DNA of 64,000 bases from an uncultured Gemmatimonadaceae bacterium (GCA_963716745.1 OY970320.1:2848001-2912000); one strand, 5' to 3'; counted from the first letter of the stretch, positions 10,143 through 21,038 are shown. Notes: a model not told the origin generated them from the letters alone. Made by a program: numbers and translations.

Positions 10143-10223
10143 CTTTGACATGATTAACATGATTATCATGATTGGGACTGCGTGAGTCGTTCCATCATGT
10201 GAATCATGTTAATCCTGTCAAAG
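10143..10223. repeat. Palindromic element family B, copy 2
   Basis: CTTTGACATGATTAACATGATTATCATGAT ... ATCATGTGAATCATGTTAATCCTGTCAAAG; about three 9-bp units per arm. Confidence 0.85.
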
Positions 10224-10259
10224 TAGTCGTTGCGATCCCCGATCATACCTGGAGCCCGA

Positions 10260-11069
10260 ATGAGCCCCGAGATCCCCGGAAAGACTCCCGTTGTCTTCAT
10301 CCACGGTCTCTGGCTCCACGGGGTGTCCTGGAAGAACTGGATCGAGTATTTCGGCCAGAAGGGTTATGACGCGTCCGCCGCGAAGTGGCCAGGCGATGGC
10401 GAGACGACACAGGCCACGCGCCTGAATCCAACGGCGGTGGCCGGCTACGGGGTGTCGCAGATCGCGGACCATATCGCGGGACAGCTCACCAAGTTCGGCC
10501 GCAAGCCGATCGTGATCGGCCATTCCTTCGGCGGGTTGCTCGCGCAGAACCTGCTGGGTCGTGACCTCGCCGCGGCCGCCATCGCGATCGACCCCGCGCC
10601 GATCCAGGGCGTCTGGCAACTGCCGCTCTCGGCGCTCAAGGCGGCATTCCCCGCGCTCGGGAATCCGCTGAACTACGGAAAGGCCGTGTCGCTCACCGCA
10701 GCACAGTTCCGTTATGCATTCACGAACGCGCTACCCGAAGCCGAGGCAAAGGATTTATACGCGAAGTACAACATGCCGTCGCCGGCGCGTCCGCTCTTCC
10801 AGGCGGCCACCGCGGCGTTCAATCCATGGTCGGCCACGAAGGTCAACACCGCCAACGCGAAGCGGGGGCCGCTCCTGATCACCGCCGGTCTCGAGGATCA
10901 CACCGTGCCGCCGGTGCTCTCGCACAGCACGCAGCACCGCTACCGTCATTCGGCGGCGGTCACGGAATTGAAGGAATTTGCGGGGCGCGGGCATTCGCTC
11001 ACGATCGACAGTGGATGGCGCGAGGTGGCCGATGCGTGCCTCGCGTGGCTCAAGGCCAAGCAGCTGTGA
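10260..11069 (+). CDS. Alpha/beta hydrolase
   Basis: FIHGLWLH, GHSFGG nucleophile motif, DHTVP, GRGH. Confidence 0.9.
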   Translation: MSPEIPGKTPVVFIHGLWLHGVSWKNWIEYFGQKGYDASAAKWPGDGETTQATRLNPTAVAGYGVSQIADHIAGQLTKFGRKPIVIGHSFGGLLAQNLLGRDLAAAAIAIDPAPIQGVWQLPLSALKAAFPALGNPLNYGKAVSLTAAQFRYAFTNALPEAEAKDLYAKYNMPSPARPLFQAATAAFNPWSATKVNTANAKRGPLLITAGLEDHTVPPVLSHSTQHRYRHSAAVTELKEFAGRGHSLTIDSGWREVADACLAWLKAKQL

Positions 11070-12181
11070 TCGCGCCGCGCCGCCGGAAAGGGAAGGACCT
11101 CCGCGCCGAGCGGATCGCCGCGTCGCCGCGGTTCAACGGGCGTGTGTTCGTGAACACGCAGCACGTGTCGTCGGGGTTCAAGAAGGGCGTCGAGCGCCCG
11201 ACGCTGCGTGAATTCCTCTGCGCCACCGAGCCGCGCATCCCCGCGGGTGAGTTCCCGCTGGTCGATCCGGCGCCATACTGGGCGAAGAAGAGTGACAGCG
11301 GCCTGCGCGTCACCTGGCTCGGCCATTCGACGCTGCTCATCGAGATCGATGGCATTCGCGTGCTCACCGATCCGGTATGGGGCAACCGCGCGTCGCCGCT
11401 CCCCTTTGCGGGACCCAAGCGGTTCCACCCGCCGCCGGCGCCGCTCGCGGCGCTCCCGCCGCTCGATGCGGTGCTCATCTCGCACGATCACTACGATCAT
11501 CTCGACCGTGGCACCATTCGCGCGCTCGCGCGCATGGGCACGTCGTTCATCACATCGCTGGGCGTTGGCGCGCATCTGGAGCGTTGGGGTGTTCCGCCGA
11601 AGCGGATCACGGAACTCGATTGGTGGGAGCACGTGGATGTCCGCGGCGTGAAGATCACCGCCGGCCCGGCCCAGCATTTCTCCGGACGCGGCATCAAGGA
11701 TCGCAACTCGACGCTCTGGTCGTCGTTCCATTTGCGCGGGCCCAAGCACTCGTTCTTCTTCGGCGCCGACAGCGGGCTCACACCGGACTACCTCGAGATC
11801 GCGAAACGCCTCGGGCCGTTCGACGCGGTGGCGCTCGAGATCGGCGCGTTCCATCCGTCGTGGGGCGACATCCACATGGGCCCCGCGAATGCAGTGAAGG
11901 CGTACGGAATGCTGGGCAGCGGCGCCTTCCTCCCCATCCACTGGGGGACGTTCAACCTCGCGGTGCATGCGTGGGATGAGCCGCCCGAGGTGATCGTGCG
12001 TCTCGCGCCGGCCGCCGGCGCGCCGCTCGTCATGCCCAGGCTCGGCCAGCCCATCGAGCCGACACGCGAGCGCATCGTGGATAAATGGTGGCGCACCGTC
12101 GCATCCAAGCGTGCGCGCGTGGCGCCAGACGAGGTGGATGAACGGAAGGGCGAATTGCCGCTGGAGTGGCTGCCGGACTAA
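11066..12181 (+). CDS. MBL-fold metallo-hydrolase (NAPE-PLD/RomA-like)
   Basis: TWLGHST, LTDPVW, SHDHYDHLD, PIHWGTF; GTG overlaps upstream stop. Confidence 0.9.
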   Translation: MIAPRRRKGKDLRAERIAASPRFNGRVFVNTQHVSSGFKKGVERPTLREFLCATEPRIPAGEFPLVDPAPYWAKKSDSGLRVTWLGHSTLLIEIDGIRVLTDPVWGNRASPLPFAGPKRFHPPPAPLAALPPLDAVLISHDHYDHLDRGTIRALARMGTSFITSLGVGAHLERWGVPPKRITELDWWEHVDVRGVKITAGPAQHFSGRGIKDRNSTLWSSFHLRGPKHSFFFGADSGLTPDYLEIAKRLGPFDAVALEIGAFHPSWGDIHMGPANAVKAYGMLGSGAFLPIHWGTFNLAVHAWDEPPEVIVRLAPAAGAPLVMPRLGQPIEPTRERIVDKWWRTVASKRARVAPDEVDERKGELPLEWLPD

Positions 12182-12639
12182 TGCCGATCTCGCACGCGCG
12201 CCGCCGTGCGATCGCGGCCGGATCGCTGACGGCGGGCGGCATCTTCCTGTTCGCAGCCGCGGCGTTCCATCTGTTCGCTGCGTCGCACATTCCGGAGATC
12301 CTCGCACGCGCGCTCGAGCCGAGGGTCTACGGGTTCCTCGAGCCGATCGTCTCCTTCACTTTCCTGCTCAACGCCGTCCTGCTCATCCCGCTGGCGTTCA
12401 GCACTCTGGCGTGCGCAGCGGGCATCCGGCGCGGCTCGGCGTGGCCGCGCTGGATCTCGCTGGCGAACGCGCTCACGGTGCTGGCGCTGCCGGTGCTCAT
12501 CGCCCGCACCATGGGGCTCCGCTACTTCTCGGATGCGCCACTATTCGTCGCGGGCGCAGCCTCGGTTACGGTGGCGGGGCTCGTGATGCTCGTGCCGTTG
12601 CTTTGGGCGTGGCGGGACATTGGTGCGGTGGCGGGGTAG
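12181..12639 (+). CDS. Hypothetical membrane protein
   Basis: Four hydrophobic segments; TAATG coupling to the MBL gene. Confidence 0.6.
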   Translation: MPISHARRRAIAAGSLTAGGIFLFAAAAFHLFAASHIPEILARALEPRVYGFLEPIVSFTFLLNAVLLIPLAFSTLACAAGIRRGSAWPRWISLANALTVLALPVLIARTMGLRYFSDAPLFVAGAASVTVAGLVMLVPLLWAWRDIGAVAG

Positions 12640-12684
12640 ATTCCTGTCGATGCCGCATGACCCTGTCGCTCGAGGCTCCAGCTC

Positions 12685-13470
12685 ATGATCCGCTCGTTCG
12701 CATTGGTGTTGTTCGCGTTCCTGGCCATAGGCGCTCCGGTGTCGGGCGACGTGCAGCTCACGGGCGCCGGCTTGCACACGCAGACGTTCTCGGGGCTGCT
12801 CACGCGCTCTGTGCTCGCGGCGTGGCCCGAGACGCGCGCACAGTTGTGCGCCGAGCTCGCCGCGGAGATCGAGAATCCGAAGAACTATCCGCCCGTGATC
12901 AAGTCGCCGGCCGGCGACATTCCGATGACCGTGCATCCGAAGATCACGAGCTGCACCATCGGGCCGTCCATCGTCGCGACCGGATGGATCGTTGGCGACA
13001 CGATCCACATCGCGTACGACGTCGCTGGGAACAGCCTCGCCGGGAGGGCGGACGGCATCGTGGGACCGATCTCTATGGTGCCGGCGCAGGCGGCGGGCGC
13101 TGACTACACGGCGACCTTCGACATGAACGTGATCGTCACCGCGCTCGTTCCGCCGCCGGGCATGCCGCTCGACGTGCATGCGGTCACCGCGGGCTGGCAC
13201 AACGTGAAGCCCACGCTCACCCTGCGCGGATCGCCGCTCGTGACGACCATCCTCAACCCGATGCTTCCCAATGCGCTCTCGGGGATCGAGCGATCGCGCT
13301 TGAACTTGCCGCAATTCCGGGAACGCGTCACGCCGTCGCTCACGGCGCTGAACGCGGCGCTGATGAAGGTGAACCCCAAGAGCTACGGCTACTATAGTGT
13401 GGCATTCGAGGGTGCGGGCGCGCAGTCGCTCGTGTTCCATGCGATGAAGGGAGCGGCCACCGGAAAGTGA
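12685..13470 (+). CDS. Hypothetical secreted protein
   Basis: Signal-peptide-like N-terminus, typical codon usage. Confidence 0.6.
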   Translation: MIRSFALVLFAFLAIGAPVSGDVQLTGAGLHTQTFSGLLTRSVLAAWPETRAQLCAELAAEIENPKNYPPVIKSPAGDIPMTVHPKITSCTIGPSIVATGWIVGDTIHIAYDVAGNSLAGRADGIVGPISMVPAQAAGADYTATFDMNVIVTALVPPPGMPLDVHAVTAGWHNVKPTLTLRGSPLVTTILNPMLPNALSGIERSRLNLPQFRERVTPSLTALNAALMKVNPKSYGYYSVAFEGAGAQSLVFHAMKGAATGK

Positions 13471-13474
13471 TGAC

Positions 13475-14023
13475 GTGGCGCTGACCTCCACGATGTTCAC
13501 CTTCGACGTGGCGCTCAGCCACGTCGACCGCGGCGTGTACGAGAGTCTCGTCATCAAGGCCGCGCAGCATCCATCGGAATCTGAGGAATTCCTCGCGACG
13601 CGCGTGCTCGCGTATTGCCTGGAGTACGCCGAAGGGATCGCGTTCTCGAAGGGGCTGAGCGAACCGGATGAACCGGCGATCGTGATCCGCGATCTCACAG
13701 GTGCACTGAAAGCGTGGATCGAGGTCGGCGCGCCGGACGCCGCGCGATTGCACAAGGCGAGCAAGGCGAGTCCGCGCGTGGCGGTGTATACGCACAAGGA
13801 TCCGCGTCTTTTCTTGCGCGCGTTCGAGGGAGAGCGGATCCACCGTGCCGAGTCGGTGGAGCTGTACGCGATAGACCGCGCGCTGCTCGACGAGTTCGTG
13901 CGCCGTCTCGACCGCCGGATGAAGTTCTCGCTCACGGTGACCGACGGCTCGCTCTACCTCGATCTGGACGGCGATTCTATCGCCGGTTCGATCGAGCGGC
14001 TCTCTTTGGCGGCGCCGGCCTGA
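13475..14023 (+). CDS. yaeQ: YaeQ family protein
   Basis: LSHVDRGVY, AQHPSESEE, FSKGLSEPDEP, WIEVGAPD. Confidence 0.9.
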   Translation: MALTSTMFTFDVALSHVDRGVYESLVIKAAQHPSESEEFLATRVLAYCLEYAEGIAFSKGLSEPDEPAIVIRDLTGALKAWIEVGAPDAARLHKASKASPRVAVYTHKDPRLFLRAFEGERIHRAESVELYAIDRALLDEFVRRLDRRMKFSLTVTDGSLYLDLDGDSIAGSIERLSLAAPA

Positions 14024-14979
14024 TGTTCGCCGCGGGCAGGGCGGCCCTGACGTTGTTGTTCGCGCTGTCTGCGCTCGGCACGCCTTCGGACAACGCGCCG
14101 CACACGCGCCGATTCGTCGAGGTGAACGGCGCGCGATTGGAGCTGCTCGACTTCGGCGGCCACGGTCCACTGATGATCTTCCTGCCCGGATTCCGGAACA
14201 CGGCGCACGTGTTCGACGATCTCGCGCCGGAGTTCACCGACCGATTCCATGTGGTGGCGCTCACGCCGCGCGGGATCCCCGTGTCCGGTGCGCCCGATTC
14301 GGGGTACACGATCGCGCAACTCGCGGCCGACGTGCACACGCTCCTCGACTCGCTCGGCGTTCATTCAGCGATCCTCGCGGGCCACTCGATCGCCGGCGCC
14401 ATCATGACGCGCTTCGGCGAGGCATATCCCGCGCAGCTCACCGCGGCCATCTATCTCAATGCGTCGTTCGACTACGCATCGGCAGCGCGCCGCGGAGCAC
14501 GGCCCGGCCGGCCAGTCCCGGTTGATGCCGCGAGCCCGGCGTTCGAACGCTGGGCGCGCCTCTATACCGACGCGTCGTGGTCTCCGTCGGTGAGAGACGC
14601 GGCGCGGTCGGACGCTGCGGCGTGGGGCATCGATTCCGCCGACGTCGCGCGACGGCTCGCGCTCACCGAGCCGCTGCGCACCGAGGTCCGCTCGCACCCG
14701 CATGAGCCGTGGCGCAACCCCACGCCGTCGCTCGCGCTCTGCTCCATTCGCGGCGTCGATCGCGCGATCGGCTGGCTCACGCCCGACTCCGCGCGATGGG
14801 CCGACGCGAAGCGCTTCTACGATGACGATGTGAAGGAGCAGCGCGCCGAGTGCTTCCGGTTCGCGCAGCGTTCACACAACGCGACCGTGATCGAAGTCGA
14901 CAGCGGGCACTATGTGTTCTTCGATCAGCGCGATCTCGTGGTGTTGGAGATGCGCGCCTTCCTGTTGCCCTTCAAATAG
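14023..14979 (+). CDS. Alpha/beta hydrolase with signal peptide
   Basis: LDFGGHGP, TPRG, GHSIAG, SGHYVF. Confidence 0.8.
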   Translation: MFAAGRAALTLLFALSALGTPSDNAPHTRRFVEVNGARLELLDFGGHGPLMIFLPGFRNTAHVFDDLAPEFTDRFHVVALTPRGIPVSGAPDSGYTIAQLAADVHTLLDSLGVHSAILAGHSIAGAIMTRFGEAYPAQLTAAIYLNASFDYASAARRGARPGRPVPVDAASPAFERWARLYTDASWSPSVRDAARSDAAAWGIDSADVARRLALTEPLRTEVRSHPHEPWRNPTPSLALCSIRGVDRAIGWLTPDSARWADAKRFYDDDVKEQRAECFRFAQRSHNATVIEVDSGHYVFFDQRDLVVLEMRAFLLPFK

Positions 14980-14991
14980 CCCGGAGCCAAC

Positions 14992-15456
14992 ATGACATAT
15001 GGACGGCTGCTGCTCAGCGGTGTAGGGGCGACTTTGGTCTACTATGTGCTCGGATTCCTGCTCAATGGATTCTGGCTCAAGAACGAATTCCCGCCGTACA
15101 AGGCACTCTTCCGTACGCAGGAAGACATCATGCGACGCATGCCGGTTGGCATGCTGGGCACGCTGCTCGCGGGCGTGGTGCTCAGCGCGCTCTTCGCGAA
15201 GTTCTATGGCGGCGGCGTCGCGTGGTTCGAAGGTGCGCGATTCGGTGCATTGGTCGGTGCGCTCATGATCGGCACGCACGTCGCGGAGAACTTCGTGACG
15301 ATGCCGTTCGGAGCGGTCTTCACGCTGAAGCTCGCGATCGGCGGGATGATCCAATGGATCGCCGTGGGTGTCGCGATCGCCGCCGTCTGCGTGCCCGCGT
15401 TGGTCGCGGTCGAGATGAAGATGGCTGCTGTCTCTCTTTCCCAGGTTCTTCAGTGA
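14992..15456 (+). CDS. Hypothetical membrane protein (DUF1761-like)
   Basis: GGAG SD; four TM segments, EGARFGALVG. Confidence 0.6.
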   Translation: MTYGRLLLSGVGATLVYYVLGFLLNGFWLKNEFPPYKALFRTQEDIMRRMPVGMLGTLLAGVVLSALFAKFYGGGVAWFEGARFGALVGALMIGTHVAENFVTMPFGAVFTLKLAIGGMIQWIAVGVAIAAVCVPALVAVEMKMAAVSLSQVLQ

Positions 15457-15854
15457 TCACTCGTGTCAGCGGCGCATTCGACGTGAAGCTCGCACCCGTG
15501 GCGATGCCGGACGACATCACGAACGTCATCGGTCGCATGTCGCTCGACAAGAAATATCATGGCGCGCTCGACGCGACCGGCCGCGGCGAGATGACGAGCG
15601 CCATGGGGCACGTGAAGGGGTCGGGCGCGTACGTGGCAGTGGAATACGTAAACGGCATGCTCGACGGCAAGACCGGCGCCTTCGTGCTGCATCACGTGGG
15701 CGTGATGGACCGCGGTGAGCAATCGCTGGTGATCAAGGTGGTTCCCGACTCCGGCACGGGCGGGCTCGCGGGGATCTCGGGAACGATGATCATCCGGATC
15801 GAGGGCGGGAAACACTTCTACGACTTCGACTACGAGATCGCGACGGCGAAATGA
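15453..15854 (+). CDS. DUF3224 domain protein
   Basis: GAFDVKL, GSGAYVAVE, VVPDSGTGGLAGISG, HFYDFDY. Confidence 0.85.
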   Translation: MITRVSGAFDVKLAPVAMPDDITNVIGRMSLDKKYHGALDATGRGEMTSAMGHVKGSGAYVAVEYVNGMLDGKTGAFVLHHVGVMDRGEQSLVIKVVPDSGTGGLAGISGTMIIRIEGGKHFYDFDYEIATAK

Positions 15855-15896
15855 TGGGCGGAACCGAAACCACGACTCGGGAGTAACTTTCCCATG

Positions 15897-17135
15897 ATGA
15901 TCTTCGTGCTCGCGCTCCTCGGCGGCCTGCTCACGATCCTCAGCCCCTGCGTGCTGCCGATCGTACCGATCGCGTTCTCGAACGCCGGCCGGTCGCGCCT
16001 CGAGCGGGTGCTCATGTTCACGGGGCTCACGGTCACGTTCGCATTGCTCGCGACCGCCGCCACACTGAGCGCCGGATGGATCGCCGCCGCGAGTGAAGGC
16101 GCGCGCTGGATCGCGCTCGTCTTCCTGGCGCTCGTTGCGCTCACCCTCATCTCGGAGCGCGCCGCCACGGTGCTCACGCGGCCATTCGTGCGGCTCGGAG
16201 CAGGGATGGACAGCGCGGCGCGCCGCACCGGCGGACGTACCGCGGCGCTGCTCACCGGTTCCGCGATCGGACTGCTGTGGGCGCCGTGCGCCGGTCCCAT
16301 CCTCGCGCTGCTCATCGTCGGCGGACGCGCCACCGGCAACACCGCGATGACGCTCGCGTTGCTCGTGGCCTTCGGACTCGGCGCGAGTGCGGCGCTCGCG
16401 GTGGTGCTCTTCGCTGGCCAGCGCCTCATGAACATGCTGCGTCGCAGTCTCGCGGCGGACCGCATCGTACGCGTATCCCTCGGCGTGATCGCGCTCGCGG
16501 CCGTGGTCGCGATCGCGCTCGGTTGGGACAAGACGTTCCTGGCGAAGGGCGACTTCATCCGAACGGCGGCCGGTGAGGAACTGCTAGTGAAGCGTTTCGG
16601 AAAGGCGCCGAGCGAAGCGAGCGTGCTCGGAGAGTCACTCGATGGCATCGTCGTTACGCCTGCGCCGGCGCTGCAGGATGAGGGCGCGATGCCGCCGTTC
16701 CCCGCCGGCTACGAGTGGATCAACTCCGGCGCACTCACGGCCGACTCACTGAAGGGGAGAGTCGTGATGGTCGAGTTCTGGGCGTTCGAGTGCATCAATT
16801 GCCTGAACGCGCTGCCGCACGTGCTCGATCTGTACGACGATTACAAAGCGCAGGGCTTCGTCGTGATCGGCGTGCACACGCCGGAGCTACCGCGGGAGCG
16901 CATCCCCGCGAACGTGCATCAGGCGGTGAAGGATCTGGGCATCACGTATCCGGTGGTCATCGATCCGAACTACGACATCTGGCACGCCTGGAACAACCAA
17001 TATTGGCCGGCGGCGTATTTCGTTGACGCGAAGGGGCGGGTGAGGTATCACCACTTCGGGGAAGGGAAGTACGAGGAACAAGACGCGGTTGTTCGCAAAT
17101 TACTGGCTGAAGCGCGGGACGCCGCGAAGAAGTAA
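15897..17135 (+). CDS. dipZ: DipZ (CcdA membrane domain fused to TlpA-like thioredoxin)
   Basis: LSPCVLP, WAPCAGPIL, FWAFECINC, GVHTPE, NQYWPA. Confidence 0.88.
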   Translation: MIFVLALLGGLLTILSPCVLPIVPIAFSNAGRSRLERVLMFTGLTVTFALLATAATLSAGWIAAASEGARWIALVFLALVALTLISERAATVLTRPFVRLGAGMDSAARRTGGRTAALLTGSAIGLLWAPCAGPILALLIVGGRATGNTAMTLALLVAFGLGASAALAVVLFAGQRLMNMLRRSLAADRIVRVSLGVIALAAVVAIALGWDKTFLAKGDFIRTAAGEELLVKRFGKAPSEASVLGESLDGIVVTPAPALQDEGAMPPFPAGYEWINSGALTADSLKGRVVMVEFWAFECINCLNALPHVLDLYDDYKAQGFVVIGVHTPELPRERIPANVHQAVKDLGITYPVVIDPNYDIWHAWNNQYWPAAYFVDAKGRVRYHHFGEGKYEEQDAVVRKLLAEARDAAKK

Positions 17136-17144
17136 GAGCCAGTC

Positions 17145-17207
17145 AACGGCAGGCTGTCGTGCTGTCGGCTGTTGCCGGCGACAGCCAACAGCCGACAGCC
17201 CGCCGTT
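17145..17207. repeat. Heptamer palindrome family D (GGCTGTC / GACAGCC)
   Basis: About three 7-bp units per arm, between convergent dipZ and M1 peptidase. Confidence 0.85.
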
Positions 17208-18870
17208 CAGTTCCTCTGCACCTTCACATAGAAATTCTCATCCACCGTGAAGGCGTCGGGCGCGTCGAGCTTCACGGGCGTCGTCTGCCACTCCGCGGTC
17301 GGCTTGATCCACCCGTACTTCGCGTCGCTCAGCGTGACGCGCAGCGGCATCGCGAAGCCGGGCACGACGTTCGTCCAACGGTACTTCAGTTCGCCGTTCG
17401 CGATGCTGTACTCGAATACCGGCACCATCGTGGTGCGCAGGTACTGGTCGAAGATCTTCGAAAGATCGACGCCGGTGTGGGCGCTCATGTAGCTCTCGAT
17501 CTGCGCCGTGGTGACCGTCTGGTGATAGAAGGTGGACTGCAGCCCGCGCAGCGTCGCGCGCCAGACTGAATCGTTGTTCACCACCTGACGGATGGTGTGC
17601 AGTACGTTGCCGCCCTTGTAGTACGTGTCGAGCGGGCCGCCGCGGTTCACGCCATAGTGTCCGTTGATGATCGGTGCGTCGTTCTTGATGAGCAGACGCG
17701 TGCCGCGCTGGTACTCCGCGCCGGCCGCCTCTCCCATACAGACATTCGGTGTAGAGCGCCTCGGAGTAGTTCGCGAAGCTCTCGTGGATCCATTCGTCCG
17801 CGCCGTCCTTGGCGGTGATGCTGTTCCCCCACCACTCGTGCGCGCTCTCGTGCACGATGATGAAATCCCACTTGGTGCCCCAGCCCGTCGCCGAGAGATC
17901 ACGCGTGCGGTAGCCGTTCGTGTAGCCGTTCCCATAGGCGGTGCCGCTCTGATGCTCCATGCCGAGGTGCGGCGCCTCGACGAGCTTGTAGCCATCCTCG
18001 TAGAAGGGATACGGCCCGAACCAGTATTCGAAGCACCGCATCATGGTGACGGCCTGCTTGAACTGCACGCGCGCAGTGTCGAGGTGATAGGCGAGGGGCC
18101 AGAAGTCCATCGTGAGCGGGCCTTTCTCGCCCCAGTACAGATCGCTGAAGTGCGCGTACTGTCCGGCGTTGATCTCCACGTCGTAATTGTTGATCGGGCT
18201 CACGACGAACCACTCGTAGGTGGTGGTTCCGTCGGCGTGATGTGCGATGGAGCGCAGGCGGCCATTCGACACGTCGAACATCGAATCGGGCACGGTGATG
18301 GCAATGCGCTGGCTGTCGGGCTCGTCGGCGGCGTAATCCTTGTTGGGCCACCAGACGCTGGCGCCGAGCCCTTGGTTCGCGGTGGCGGTCCAGCGATTGC
18401 CGAGCGAGTCGTGCTGCCAGATGAGTCCGCCATCCCACGGCGGGCGTTTGGCGGCGCGCGGCTTGCCGTGGAAGTACACGGCGATCGTTCCGGTCGAGCC
18501 GCTCTTGGGCGTGCCGGGGAGCGTGACGAAGAACGCGTTGCCGTCGCGCCGGGAGGTGAGACGCTTGCCCATCATCAGTGATGCTGTCGATCTCGAGCGG
18601 CACTTGGAGATCGATCTGCATCTGCTCCTTCTTCAGGTTCGGCGCCGAGAGCACGCGGTAGGTGATGCCGTTCCACCCGCTGATCGAGCTGTCGGCCGGA
18701 TGCACCGTGACGTGCAGATCGTAGAACGTCGCGTCCCACCACGCGCGCTGCGGGGTGTTCGATCCGCGCAGCGTGTCGGCGTGCGTGAAGAGCGTGTCGC
18801 GCTGGGCGGAGGCGGTGCGAGCCGTCGCGAACGCGACAGCGGCGGCGAGCAGCAGACGAGATGGGCGCAT
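17207..18870 (-). CDS. M1 family metallo-aminopeptidase, secreted (indels ~18575 and ~17730)
   Basis: LGMEHQS, HESAHEWWGN...WIHESFANY, YYKG; signal peptide; spread over three frames. Confidence 0.88.
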
Positions 18871-19005
18871 GCGTGAGGTTGGGCCGGTGTGAGGGTCGGG
18901 AGAAGTTAGCGTTTCGTCTGCGACCAGCGCATTGTGCTACGCCTCTCCGAATCGTATTTTCGCCCTCGTTAGAGCAGTTGCGATTCCCACAGCTAAGGAG
19001 ATTCG

Positions 19006-19785
19006 ATGCGCTCGTACCAGCTCGCCGCGCTCGCGGTCGTACTCACCGCGTGCGCGAAGAAAGAAGTCGCGATGGTGGACGTGAAGGGAGAATGCACCGA
19101 TTTCAACAAGGCGCAGGTCTGCACGTGGACGCGCACGCGGAGTGACACGGTGATCGAGGCCGGCGCCACGGTGCCGCTCGCGAGCATCGAGAACGCGCCG
19201 AAGACGGCGCCAATGACCTGGCCGCCGGTGTCGGAGTCGTCGCCCCAGATGCCCGCGGGTTCGCAGGCACAGACCGGATTCTCCGGTATCACCACGTTCT
19301 GGGAACCGGACGGTCATCCGCCGGGCCCGTATCTCACGCCGCACTTCGATTTCCATTTCAATCTGATCAGCCCCGAGGAAGTCGCGGCCATCGATTGCAA
19401 GGATCTCTCCAAGCCCGCCGCGCTGCCGCAGGGATACCAGCTCCCCGACGTGCCCCTGCCGCCGCCGGTCGCCAAGATGCTGAAAGTCGATACGCTCGTG
19501 GGCCTCTGCGTGCCGTCAATGGGCATGCACTCTATGCTCGGCACCGAGCTCGCGAGTACGACGCCGTTCAATGGCTCCATGGTAGTCGGGTACTACAAGG
19601 GCAAGCCGATCTTCATCGAACCGATGCTCTCGAAGACGATGCTCATGGAGAAGAAATCGTTCGACCTCGCGGTCCCGGCGATCCCGGGCCTCGCGGGGCC
19701 GTACCCGCACACGTTCCACGCGGCGTACGATTCCACGGCGAATGCGTACCGCTTCGTGTTCTCGGGGTTTGCGGCAGGGAAGTGA
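19006..19785 (+). CDS. Lipoprotein, TTHB210-like/DUF5602
   Basis: AAGGAG SD, lipobox LTAC, GHPP..YLTPHFDFHF, VPSMGMH, IFIEPM. Confidence 0.7.
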   Translation: MRSYQLAALAVVLTACAKKEVAMVDVKGECTDFNKAQVCTWTRTRSDTVIEAGATVPLASIENAPKTAPMTWPPVSESSPQMPAGSQAQTGFSGITTFWEPDGHPPGPYLTPHFDFHFNLISPEEVAAIDCKDLSKPAALPQGYQLPDVPLPPPVAKMLKVDTLVGLCVPSMGMHSMLGTELASTTPFNGSMVVGYYKGKPIFIEPMLSKTMLMEKKSFDLAVPAIPGLAGPYPHTFHAAYDSTANAYRFVFSGFAAGK

Positions 19786-19798
19786 CTAACTGCAACTG

Positions 19799-19914
19799 CC
19801 GGGAGCCGATTGCCGGGAACCGGTGATACATGACAACACATGGTGTACTACCTCGCGCGAGGCAGTACACCATGCGTTTTCATGCCATACCGGTTCCCGG
19901 TAATCGGTTCCCGG
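19799..19914 (+). repeat. Palindromic element family A, copy 2
   Basis: 116-bp hairpin with family A arms and inner stem CATGGTGTACT / AGTACACCATG. Confidence 0.9.
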
Positions 19915-19952
19915 TTGTTGCTGTCAGAGCAGGCGTGGCGCATACTCTGCGC

Positions 19953-21038
19953 ATGAGAACACTGAATGTCATCGCCGTATGCGCTCTGGCCGTTGTATCA
20001 GCCGCCGCCCAGCGCTCCGATCCTCATCCCACCTTCACCGTCGGCACCGCGACCGCCAAGCGCGGTGAGATCGCGTACGGCGCGCTGAACGTTCCGGCGG
20101 GCGTGGATAGTGCCACTTCGATGCCTGTCGCGATCATCCACGGCGCGAAGCCCGGTCCGGTGCTCGCGCTCGTCTCGGGCGCGCACGGTACCGAGTACGC
20201 CTCGATCGTTGCGCTCACGCGGATCATCGGCCGCATCGATCCCAAGACGCTCGCCGGCACGGTGATCGTCGCGCCGCTGCTCAATCCGGGCAGCTTCGAG
20301 CACATGATCCCCCACGTGAATCCGGCCGATCGGAAGAGCATGAACGGTTTCTATCCCGGCGATGCCGCCGGCACGCAAACGCAGCGCGCGCTCGCAATGG
20401 TGGCCGATCAGATCGTGAAGCCGTCCGACGCCGTGATCGATCTGCATGGCGGCGATCTCGATGAGGACCTGCGCCCCTACAGCTACTGGATGCGCACGGG
20501 CGACGCCAAGCTCGATTCCGCGAACAAGCAACTCGCGCTCGTGTTCGGGCTCGAATACATCATCCTCTTCGATGTGGACGTCACGAAGCCCGAGGGACGC
20601 CGCAATCTCAGCAGCTGGGCCGTGTCGCAGGGCAAACTCGCGGTGGTCGCGGAAGCGGGGCGCTCGGGCGTCTCGTCGACCGAAGACGTGAACTCGCTCA
20701 TCGATGGCTGTCTGAACGTGATGGGTTCGATGAAGATGATCGATCGCGCCGCGAAGCCGGTGGCGCATCCCGTGTGGGTATCGAACGACCAGCGCGTCGC
20801 CGCCGCCGGTCCGGGAATGTTCTACGCCACGGCGCTGCGCGGCGAGTACGTGATCGCGGGCGCGCGCGTCGGCTACACCACCGACTACCTCGGCCGCGCG
20901 ACCGGCGATATCGTCGCGCCAGTGACCGGCGTGGTGACGTTCATCCGCGGCGTGCCGAGCATGTGGAAGGGCGCCGCGCTGGTGGTCGTGGGCGAGGTCT
21001 CCGCCGAACCGCCGCCCTACGTGACACCCAAGCAGTGA
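19953..21038 (+). CDS. Succinylglutamate desuccinylase/aspartoacylase (M14) family, secreted
   Basis: GAHGTE, IDLHGG, AEAG motifs; signal peptide. Confidence 0.85.
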   Translation: MRTLNVIAVCALAVVSAAAQRSDPHPTFTVGTATAKRGEIAYGALNVPAGVDSATSMPVAIIHGAKPGPVLALVSGAHGTEYASIVALTRIIGRIDPKTLAGTVIVAPLLNPGSFEHMIPHVNPADRKSMNGFYPGDAAGTQTQRALAMVADQIVKPSDAVIDLHGGDLDEDLRPYSYWMRTGDAKLDSANKQLALVFGLEYIILFDVDVTKPEGRRNLSSWAVSQGKLAVVAEAGRSGVSSTEDVNSLIDGCLNVMGSMKMIDRAAKPVAHPVWVSNDQRVAAAGPGMFYATALRGEYVIAGARVGYTTDYLGRATGDIVAPVTGVVTFIRGVPSMWKGAALVVVGEVSAEPPPYVTPKQ

